From a virus (Duplodnaviria > Caudoviricetes), in IMG/VR virus record IMGVR_UViG_3300046009_013981, positions 1 through 36,490 of that record: DNA of 36,490 nt; one strand, 5' to 3'. This document shows positions 27,345-35,800 of this stretch, piece after piece. The position numbers and the translations under genes are program-made. The stretch's first letter is position 1, and the number at the start of each line of letters is the position of its first letter. The notes under the pieces are model-generated. The model was not told the origin of the DNA and searched no databases. It worked only from the letters and a program-made list of their open reading frames with translations.

Positions 27345-27782
27345 ATGAGCTTTATAGATCCAAGTGTTGCCGCAGGGTTTTCACAGGAATTTGAAAATTT
27401 TTTCAATTATTTTGCTAGAGAATTTATTGTTAATAAAGAACCATTAAAAGTATTAATTACTCCTGCAACGACTCCACTATTTGGTTATGATTTACAATCT
27501 ACTCCAGAATCTTATGAATATATTCCAGTTCAAGCAACATTTAGAGGCAGAATATCTTATAACAAGAAACAAAGCGAAGATTTATTAGCCGATCTAAGGG
27601 TAAATATAACAGAAGGAATTGTAACCCTAATTGTAAAAGAAGATGCTAAAAATTATATAGACAATGGAACAACGTTAAATATTCAATTTGATGGTAAAAC
27701 TTTTAATAAAATTACGACAGCAGGAGTAAGAAAATATCTTAATAATACATATTATCAATATTATTTACAGGAGACAAAATAA
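27345..27782 (+). CDS. Putative head closure (stopper) protein
   Basis: Position, size, beta-rich sequence with IQFDGKTF. Confidence 0.5.
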   Translation: MSFIDPSVAAGFSQEFENFFNYFAREFIVNKEPLKVLITPATTPLFGYDLQSTPESYEYIPVQATFRGRISYNKKQSEDLLADLRVNITEGIVTLIVKEDAKNYIDNGTTLNIQFDGKTFNKITTAGVRKYLNNTYYQYYLQETK

Positions 27783-28363
27783 TGGCTGGTAGAATTAATA
27801 AATCAATTCTTAAGAATGAGATTGCTTCTACTCAATTTAAAGCTTTAGAAAAAGAAGCAAGGTTAATAGCTAATAAAATTCTTGAGGATAGAAAAAAGGA
27901 ATATATCTCTGAAATTTTAGATCATCCAGTCTCCAAAGAATTAGCTGATGGCCCAGAAGCTGAAAATATCTCCAATACATTAAATGGAGAAGGGAATCTT
28001 TATAGTTTTATTGGATTTGATGCTGGAGATAGACCAATAGAAAATCTTATAGACATAGTGGATAGAAATACAAGAGTACAGCCAATTAAATCTAAAGGTG
28101 ATGTATTCAATTTCCAAGTTTATACTCCATCTTTAGATGAGCTTAAAGGATATACTCCAATGCCATTTGAAGGTGGAAATAGTTGGTTAAAGGGTATAGA
28201 AAAAGGCATATCTGGATTCAGTAATTATCTTTATGGTTTATTATTTCCTACTAGTCGTTCCGGTAGAGGTATTCAAAGTAAAAATAAAATTAGAAGAATA
28301 TCATATAAACCAACAAAATATTTTAGTGTTTTATATAAAAATTTTATAGAAAGTTTCAAGTAA
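27782..28363 (+). CDS. Putative neck/tail completion protein
   Basis: Position; basic; TAATG overlap with the previous gene. Confidence 0.45.
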   Translation: MAGRINKSILKNEIASTQFKALEKEARLIANKILEDRKKEYISEILDHPVSKELADGPEAENISNTLNGEGNLYSFIGFDAGDRPIENLIDIVDRNTRVQPIKSKGDVFNFQVYTPSLDELKGYTPMPFEGGNSWLKGIEKGISGFSNYLYGLLFPTSRSGRGIQSKNKIRRISYKPTKYFSVLYKNFIESFK

Positions 28364-28364
28364 A

Positions 28365-29228
28365 ATGAAAATACAATTTAACAATATAGCAATGACAAGC
28401 ATGCTATTCTGGTTTGATAACAAGCTATTAAGTAAAGGGGAAGCTTTTACAAATCATGCTAGTTATTTCTGGCCTATTGACACAAGATATTATGGATACT
28501 ATACTTACGGCGCACCATTCAAACAAATGGTAATTGATGAATCTATTTCTGGCGCAAATATCATAAGTGGAGTATACATAAACGGAACATTCACTCAAGT
28601 AGGCCAAAATTATCTAAGTGGAATTAATGCATCTCAAGGACAATTATATTTTAGTCAACCAATTGCTGGAACACCAAGTTCAATAAGCGGTAATTATGCA
28701 GTCAAAGATTTTAATATATATTTGACAAGTGAAACAGAAGAAGACCTTTTATTTGAAACGCAATTTCAATTAAAGCCTCAAACTTACCAAAATCCTACTG
28801 GTTTAGCCTCAAATGTTGAGACATATCCTGTGATATATTTAAAATATCAGGGTGGCTCAAATGAACCGCTAGCTTTTGGCGGTATGGATACAACATATAT
28901 TAATGTGAGAGCAATAGTATTATCTGATAATATATTTAAATTAGACGCTGTTACTAGTATATTTAGAGACACATCTAGGCAGTTTGTGCCACTAATATAT
29001 GATAATGAAATGCCATTTAATATGCTTGGTAGCTGTACTGGAGAATGCTTTAATTATCAAGAGTTGGTAGCTAATAAACAGGTAGATTATCAATATTTAT
29101 ATATTAATGATGTTAGCGTGTCCAAAACTGACAGTAGGCTTAGTAATAGCTATAATAAATTAAACCCTAATCTTTTCACAGCTTTTATTGATTTTGAATT
29201 AGCTCAAAATCGTCAACCTCACCAATAA
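28365..29228 (+). CDS. Putative tail terminator protein
   Basis: Immediately upstream of the tail tube; YPVIYL...NEPLAFGG pattern. Confidence 0.5.
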   Translation: MKIQFNNIAMTSMLFWFDNKLLSKGEAFTNHASYFWPIDTRYYGYYTYGAPFKQMVIDESISGANIISGVYINGTFTQVGQNYLSGINASQGQLYFSQPIAGTPSSISGNYAVKDFNIYLTSETEEDLLFETQFQLKPQTYQNPTGLASNVETYPVIYLKYQGGSNEPLAFGGMDTTYINVRAIVLSDNIFKLDAVTSIFRDTSRQFVPLIYDNEMPFNMLGSCTGECFNYQELVANKQVDYQYLYINDVSVSKTDSRLSNSYNKLNPNLFTAFIDFELAQNRQPHQ

Positions 29229-29254
29229 AAAAGAGTAAAAATCTAAAAAATAAG

Positions 29255-29261
29255 GTGTAAT
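29255..29261 (+). promoter_or_regulatory. GTGTAAT putative late promoter (tail tube)
   Basis: 24 nt before ATG, with GGAG in between. Confidence 0.7.
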
Positions 29262-29285
29262 AACAATAAATGGAGAACTTATAAT

Positions 29286-30443
29286 ATGGCAACAAGAAAT
29301 CGTATAATTTATCAATCTGAAGCTTTATATGCTGGACCAGCACCAGCTACAGGTTATCACTATGGAACTTTTACTCCTGGCGTAGGTGGAAGCACAAACG
29401 TACCAGACGCAGGAGCTAACCTAGTAGAGCAACTTCAAAGAATTCAAACAGCAAATTACAGTTTTACAGTTGATCGTACTGATGTAAATCAATTCGGTCA
29501 ATTAGCTGCAATTGATCGTGTTATCCTAACTAACCCAACTGTAGCTCTAGATTTTAGTTATATTTTAGCAAATCTTATCAATGAAAAAAATCTAGGATTT
29601 ACAATTGCTACAGCAGGATCTACTCAAGATGTTTCTGCTATCTCAGGCTTTCTAAATGGAACAGAAGATGAAAGAAATTATTTCATTCGCACTGTACCAG
29701 AAGGCAGTGACGCAGTAGGATTTGATAATATTGCTAGTGGAACAAACGGTGTAATTGGAGTTGGCAATGGATTTATATCATCCTACTCCACAGAAGGTTC
29801 TGTTGGTAATTTCCCAACAACAACAATTAATGTTGAAGGACTAAACATGAATTTCCAACAAGGACTAAGTGGAAATTATGTCCCAGCAGTAAATCCTGTA
29901 GATGGTTCTGCGATAGAAAATTATTATCAATTACCATTTACATTACAAAATACTTCTACAAATGCTACAGTAAGTGGCATTAGCGCTCTTCGTCCAGGAG
30001 ATATTACTCTAACTATACCTCAAACAACTGGTGGTGGCGTAAAGACAAGTACAATGAATGTTCAAAGTTATACAATTAGCTTTGATCTTGGTCGTACACC
30101 AATCGAAAAACTTGGCAGTAGATTTGCATTTGCAAGACCAATTGACTTCCCATTAACAGTAAGCATGAGTGTTGATGCTCAAGTAACTGAGATGGTAGCT
30201 GGAAATCTCGCAAGTCTTGTATGTGATGATTCTGCAACATATACACCAGTCGTTAGAATTGAAAAACCAGTATGTAATGATACTACTGTAGTTGCTGAAT
30301 TCAAACTTAAGGGTGCTAAACTCGATAGTCAAGAATTTAGTTCTGATATCGGAGCCAATAAGACTGTAACATTGACATTCAGTACTCAAGTCGGTGGTCC
30401 AGAAGACTTAAATAATGGATTGTTTATTAGTGGTTTATATTAA
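29286..30443 (+). CDS. Major tail tube protein
   Basis: 385 aa, T/G/S-rich, GGAG Shine-Dalgarno, followed by a terminator, then chaperones and TMP; internal two-fold repeat. Confidence 0.8.
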   Translation: MATRNRIIYQSEALYAGPAPATGYHYGTFTPGVGGSTNVPDAGANLVEQLQRIQTANYSFTVDRTDVNQFGQLAAIDRVILTNPTVALDFSYILANLINEKNLGFTIATAGSTQDVSAISGFLNGTEDERNYFIRTVPEGSDAVGFDNIASGTNGVIGVGNGFISSYSTEGSVGNFPTTTINVEGLNMNFQQGLSGNYVPAVNPVDGSAIENYYQLPFTLQNTSTNATVSGISALRPGDITLTIPQTTGGGVKTSTMNVQSYTISFDLGRTPIEKLGSRFAFARPIDFPLTVSMSVDAQVTEMVAGNLASLVCDDSATYTPVVRIEKPVCNDTTVVAEFKLKGAKLDSQEFSSDIGANKTVTLTFSTQVGGPEDLNNGLFISGLY

Positions 30444-30465
30444 TAAATAATTAATTAAATATTAT

Positions 30466-30501
30466 AAAATAACCCTCGCGTAATTGCGGGGGTTATTTTT
30501 T
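30466..30501 (+). terminator. Rho-independent terminator after tail tube gene
   Basis: AAAATAACCCTCGCG-TAAT-TGCGGGGGTTATTTT hairpin (two G-U pairs) followed by a T tract. Confidence 0.85.
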
Positions 30502-30502
30502 G

Positions 30503-30509
30503 GTGTAAT
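30503..30509 (+). promoter_or_regulatory. GTGTAAT putative late promoter
   Basis: Immediately after a terminator; 40 nt before ATG 30550. Confidence 0.7.
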
Positions 30510-30549
30510 GTATTGTAAGGTTAAAGGTTTAAAATAAAGGTAAAAGATT

Positions 30550-30774
30550 ATGGAAAATGATCCTATAAAAGATATTACTCTTTTTCAGATAAAGAGAAAA
30601 ATTACAAATATTTACAAGAATTTCTTTTTTATTCTTGAAGATTTAAGCGATTCTGGCTATAATATAAATGATGAAACTTATCAAAAAATACGTAAAAGAG
30701 TACTCGATAACGCAAATGATGCTATAAGAGAAATAGAAGAAAGTTTTAATAAATTAAATATATCAATAAAATGA
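30550..30774 (+). CDS. Hypothetical protein
   Basis: 74-aa helical ORF with GTGTAAT motif and AAGG-rich leader. Confidence 0.6.
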   Translation: MENDPIKDITLFQIKRKITNIYKNFFFILEDLSDSGYNINDETYQKIRKRVLDNANDAIREIEESFNKLNISIK

Positions 30775-31046
30775 GAAGCAAGAAATTAAATTATAATTTT
30801 AGCATAGATCAAATAATAGAAGGTAATCTATCTGTGCAGAGTATACAGAAAAGTTTAAAAGATAATTTTGGTATATTAATGCCAAGTTTAACAACTTTTA
30901 AAAATCCTAATTTTATTAAAACATACCAAAGATGGGATGATAATAAAAAACATCAGTTTCTTAAAACTATTGGCGGAGTAGTTTATTATGGAAAAATTAA
31001 GAAATATCTAAATGATATAATCGAAAATAATGGAGAAAAAATATGA
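30771..31046 (+). CDS. Hypothetical protein
   Basis: ATGA overlaps at both ends. Confidence 0.55.
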   Translation: MRSKKLNYNFSIDQIIEGNLSVQSIQKSLKDNFGILMPSLTTFKNPNFIKTYQRWDDNKKHQFLKTIGGVVYYGKIKKYLNDIIENNGEKI

Positions 31047-31804
31047 AAACAATGTTTGAATTTGATATCTATCATGAAAAAGAAATAGAAAAAGTTGAGG
31101 TTTCTACTAATGAAAAAGGTGAAGAAGTTAAAGTAACTTCTAAAGTTAAAACTACTGCTCCAATTAAACTAGCTATTAAAAAACCAACCCGTAGTCTTTT
31201 TGATGAAGCTGAACTTTTCTATGGCGTAAGATTATCTGAAGGAATTAAAGCTGGTCTTTTAACTCGCGCATTATTGGCTAAACGTTTTAATAATGATGGT
31301 GGAGTTTTAAGCGAAGAAGAACAGAAGCAATATAATGATCTTTATAATGATTTTTTAAATCTACAAGTTGATTTTCAAAAATTATCCTTAAAACAAGAAT
31401 CCTTAAGAACAGAAGAAGAGAAGAGTGAGCTTTCTAGCATTATTGAAAAGATGACAGAAACAAGAGAAATGATCCAAAAATATGAGATGGCTCAAGCTAA
31501 CCTATTCGAACAAACTGCAGAAAATAGAGCTAGAAATAAGACTATTATGTGGTGGGTTCTTCAACTCAGTCTTATTGAAGGAGAAGATAAGAAATTGAAG
31601 GAACTCTTCGGAGAAGGATCTTATGAAGAGAAACTAAAGAAGTATGATGAAATTGAAGAATCAGAACTAGGTCTTGAAAAGATTGCTCTTCAAAAATTAT
31701 TATATTTAATTAGTTTTTGGTATATCGGTAGAGCTGCAAGCCAAGAAGAATTTTCTAAGCTTCTTGAAGCAATAAATAAAGATGGTAAAAAAGCGGAGAA
31801 GTAA
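31043..31804 (+). CDS. Putative tail assembly chaperone 1
   Basis: Acidic and helical; located between tail tube and TMP. Confidence 0.55.
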   Translation: MKTMFEFDIYHEKEIEKVEVSTNEKGEEVKVTSKVKTTAPIKLAIKKPTRSLFDEAELFYGVRLSEGIKAGLLTRALLAKRFNNDGGVLSEEEQKQYNDLYNDFLNLQVDFQKLSLKQESLRTEEEKSELSSIIEKMTETREMIQKYEMAQANLFEQTAENRARNKTIMWWVLQLSLIEGEDKKLKELFGEGSYEEKLKKYDEIEESELGLEKIALQKLLYLISFWYIGRAASQEEFSKLLEAINKDGKKAEK

Positions 31805-31807
31805 TGA

Positions 31808-32824
31808 TTGGAAACGATAGATAAAAATAAAATAAGATTACTATTTATTGATATACTCAAGGGCTATACAGAAGCGTATTATAAAAATAATAAAATCTAT
31901 TTTAAACATAATACAAGTTTTGATTCGGGTGATATAGACTCTAAAAGGCAGGATTTTATAAGAAGAGCTAAAAGTAATGGTTTGCCTAGTGAAGAAGAAA
32001 AAGAAAAATATCTAATCCTAGAAAAACTTTGGTCGAAAGAAAAGAATGACGACATAAAAAAGATAAGATCTTATATCTCTAATCTTAAAACAACAAAATC
32101 AAAATTATTTAGGAATGAAGAAATTGAATTTATAAATAAACAAATAAATGAAGAAAATTTAAAACTAATAGGACTAACATCTGAAAGAAAAGAGCTTTTA
32201 GGTTTTACTGTCGAGGATTATGCAAATAAAAAGGTTAATGAATATTACATGTTTAATTGTTTATTTAGGGATAAGTTTTTAAAAGAAAGATATTTTTCTG
32301 AGAATGAATTTGATGAACTAGAGAATAAAGATATATCGGAAATAATAGAGATATACAATGCTATAAATAGTAGTTTTTCTGAAAAGAATCTAAAAAAAAT
32401 AGCTTTATCATCTTTTTATCTTAGTTTATATAATATGTGTGAAGATAACCCATATTATCTATATGGAAAGCCAATAATACATCTTACTTTTTATCAAATT
32501 GAGGTATTCAGTTATTCAAGATACTTTAGAAATGCTCTTTCCGATGCTAAACACAAACCAGCTGATGAATTATATGAAGATCCAGAGAAGCTTATTGAAT
32601 GGCTTGAGAGTAGCAAGAATGCTGAAGAAGTACTCAATAAGAATAATATAAAAGATAACAAAAAGAGCGAAGGCGCAGTTGGAACATCTATTATAGGCGC
32701 TAAAAAGGAAGATCTTGCTAAGATTGGAGCAGATGAAAAAGGAGTAAGTCTACATGGAGAAGCCTTAAGAAAAGGTGGCACATTAAATATGCAAGATTTG
32801 ATGAAACTGCATGGTATTAAATAA
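31808..32824 (+). CDS. Putative tail assembly chaperone 2
   Basis: TTG start with GGAG 9 nt upstream; YGKPIIHLTFYQ and EDPEKLIEW motifs; directly upstream of TMP. Confidence 0.55.
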   Translation: METIDKNKIRLLFIDILKGYTEAYYKNNKIYFKHNTSFDSGDIDSKRQDFIRRAKSNGLPSEEEKEKYLILEKLWSKEKNDDIKKIRSYISNLKTTKSKLFRNEEIEFINKQINEENLKLIGLTSERKELLGFTVEDYANKKVNEYYMFNCLFRDKFLKERYFSENEFDELENKDISEIIEIYNAINSSFSEKNLKKIALSSFYLSLYNMCEDNPYYLYGKPIIHLTFYQIEVFSYSRYFRNALSDAKHKPADELYEDPEKLIEWLESSKNAEEVLNKNNIKDNKKSEGAVGTSIIGAKKEDLAKIGADEKGVSLHGEALRKGGTLNMQDLMKLHGIK

Positions 32825-32853
32825 GTAAAACTATCATAATTATCAATATTTTC

Positions 32854-32860
32854 GTGTAAT
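32854..32860 (+). promoter_or_regulatory. GTGTAAT putative late promoter (TMP)
   Basis: 23 nt before ATG 32884, with AAGGA/AAGG in between. Confidence 0.7.
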
Positions 32861-32883
32861 TTATTGTAGTAAAGGAATAAGGC

Positions 32884-35800
32884 ATGGCAAGGACTTCGGC
32901 TACAATTTCTGTAGGTGCAGATACAAGGCAACTTGAAAGAGATATTCAAAAAGCCTTGGGGCGTGATTTTAAATTTAAAGGATTAAATGAAAAAGCTTTT
33001 ACTCAGCCATTGGGTAGAATTACTGGCGCAGCCAATGAGTTTCAAAAATCATTAGATGCTTCTAATGCTCGTGTTATTGCATTCGGTGCGAGTGCAGGTC
33101 TAATCTATACAGTAGAGAGAGCATTTTCGGCATTAGTAAAAAGTACGATAGATGTTCAAAAATCATTAACAGATATTAATGTTATTTTAAATGTTAGTAA
33201 TAAAACTCTTCAAAATTTCGGAGGTCAATTATTTGATATTGCTAAAAATACCGCTCAATCTTTTGATACAGTCGCTCAAGCTGCAACAGAGTTTTCGCGT
33301 CAAGGCTTAGGTTTAGAAGAGACACTTAAGAGAACAAGAGACGCACTTGTTCTAACTCGTCTTAGTGGTCTAGATACTGTTAGCGCTGTAGAAGCACTAA
33401 CCGCTACAATTAACAGCTTTAGTAATGCAGCTTTAGATTCTACAACTATTATTAATAAATTAGCCAATGTTGACGCTGCATTTGCAGTCAGTTCAGCAGA
33501 CTTAGCAGAAGCTATTAAACGAGTTGGAAGTTCTGCTCAAGATGTTGGTGTAGATTTCGATCAATTGTTAGCAATTGTTACAAGCGTTCAGCAAACAACC
33601 GCTAGAGGTGGATCAGTTATTGGTAACTCCTTAAAGACTATTTTTACAAGAATACAAAGAACTGATACTCTTGATCAATTAGAAAGATTAGGAATTGAAG
33701 TAAGAACGCTAGAGGGTAATACTTTACCTGCAATTACTATTTTATCTAATCTTGCTAGTACATTTAATACCTTAAGTGATTCTCAAAGAGCGCAAGTAGC
33801 TGAAACTGTTGGCGGCGTATTTCAAATTAATATTTTAAGGGCAGCTTTAGGTGATTTACAAAAAGAATATTCTGTATATAATAATGCTTTAAGAACTGCT
33901 TCTGGAGCGACAGATGAAGCTATACAAAGAAATGAAGCTTTAAATCAAACTTTATCCGCATTAATTAATAAAACATTTGTTAATCTTACGAAAGTAGGAT
34001 CTGATATCGGTAGGATTTCATTTCAACCTACATTTGAAAATTTATTAAATACTTTAAATAAAGGACTAGAAAGTTTAGATGTAGAAGCTCAAACAGCTGG
34101 TGGTAAAATTGCTAGAGGAATTTTAGAAGGTATAGGCGCATTTATAAGTGGTCCAGGAGTAATTTTGGCTACTGCTGTTATTGGTAAATTAGTAATTAAT
34201 TTAGCTAAATTTGCCAGTCAATCATTACAAACGCTTTTAAATCTTAATACTCAAGCAGAACAGAGAGCGCAGATACAAACAAGAATAAATCAAGTCTTAG
34301 CTCAAGAACCAGCATTAGTAGCAGCAGTTTACAACAAACAGATTAGTGTTTTAGATGTTGAAAATAAAATATTAAATATTATTCGTCAGCAAACATTAGA
34401 AAGAGAAAGGGCTGCTGCGATTTCAACAACAATTGCAGGAGGTTTACTTGGAAAAGGTGTTACAACTAAGGGTGGTACATTAAGAACTAAAAGTTCTGGA
34501 TTTATACCTAATTTCGCAATGGGCGAAATCTTTGGTGCATTAGCTGGAGGATATAATCCAGGAAATATTCGAAGAATGAATATTCCTGGAGAAGGTCCTG
34601 TAATTTACAATAGTGCAGAAAAAGTAAAAAAATTTCCAGGATTAAGTCAACCAGCTATTATGCCTCCTGGCCAAAGCGTTGCCGGTAAAAATTATAAAGA
34701 CGCGTTTGGCTCAATATATGGATTTAATCCATATGCTTTTGATGGATTTATACCAAATTTTGCTCCACTTACACCACAAAGAGTTACTTCGATTACTAAT
34801 GAAATTCTAAAAGGAAATAGACCTAATTTAACAAATTATACCAAAGCTCAGAGAGATCAAATTGCAGCAGCATTAAAACAAAAAAGACAAGGTCAATTAT
34901 TAGGTGGAACAGTTGAATATAACGCAAGTAAACTTGGAGTTGTTGGAGTAACTGGTGGACGGGGTCCATTTAATCCAAGTACAACTTTTGCTCAACTTGG
35001 ATATCCAAATGATCCAAGATCAGTTAGATTTACTGGAATACAGGGAAGAACTATTGACGATTTAAGAAATAATGCACTTTCTCAAAAGGGAGAATTCTCA
35101 AGATCAATTAATTCTCTATTCGCAAATCCATTAACACAATTAGCTTCAACTATTTTTGGTAAAGTAAATCCCGATAAAAAATTTCTTAGTTTATTACAAT
35201 CTTCTGGGCGTGGAAATATTAATTTATTTCCTCCAGGAACAGAAGGTTCTATTTTTGAGGCGGCAGTTAATTTAGCTACTAAAAAAGGTACAGGAGCATT
35301 AGAAAAAGCTTTTAATCAAGACTTAGCCCAAAAACCTTTTGATTTTGAAGAATATGGTTCTCCTTCTCAACAATTTAATAAAACTTTTGGATTCTTTCCA
35401 TTTGTAACAAAAGCAGATGCGAAGAGAACAGTTGATACAAATTCTGCAAGAGAAATTATACAAAAAGCTTATCAAGTTGGTTCTGGCGTAGCTGGTCTAC
35501 CAAAACCAGTAACTAGAAAATTAGCTTCGCAAGGTTTTATTCCTAATTTTGCAGCTCTAAGTGAGTCTATTGACAGAGAACTAGCAGCCGGAGTATCTCC
35601 ATCTAAAATAAGAATAGGCAGAGATAAAAGATTAACCTCTGCTTATAATCCATTAGGTCTTGGAATATATAATACAAAAGATGAACCTCTTGGTTTAAGT
35701 CAAGGAGTATCAAGATACAGTGGTTCAAGGGCTAAAAGCGCAGGAGCTTCTGATGGATTTATTCCTAACTTTGTTCTTCCAGCTATAGCTGCGGGAGGAG

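Noticed and set aside
31781-31810. AAAAAAG slippery-like sequence at the end of chaperone 1 (lambda G/GT-type programmed frameshift)
   Set aside because: The heptamer is not phased as X XXY YYZ in the coding frame, and chaperone 2 is in the same frame behind two stops (TAA TGA), so a -1 shift cannot fuse them. Chaperone 2 has its own GGAG and TTG start.
1043-32949. Minus-strand and alternative-frame ORFs in the track (e.g. 1043..1228, 2398..2640, 5066..5829, 14452..14722, 18955..19209, 21969..23249, 32512..32949)
   Set aside because: They overlap long plus-strand genes, lack recognisable motifs, and look like shadow frames of biased or repetitive coding sequence.
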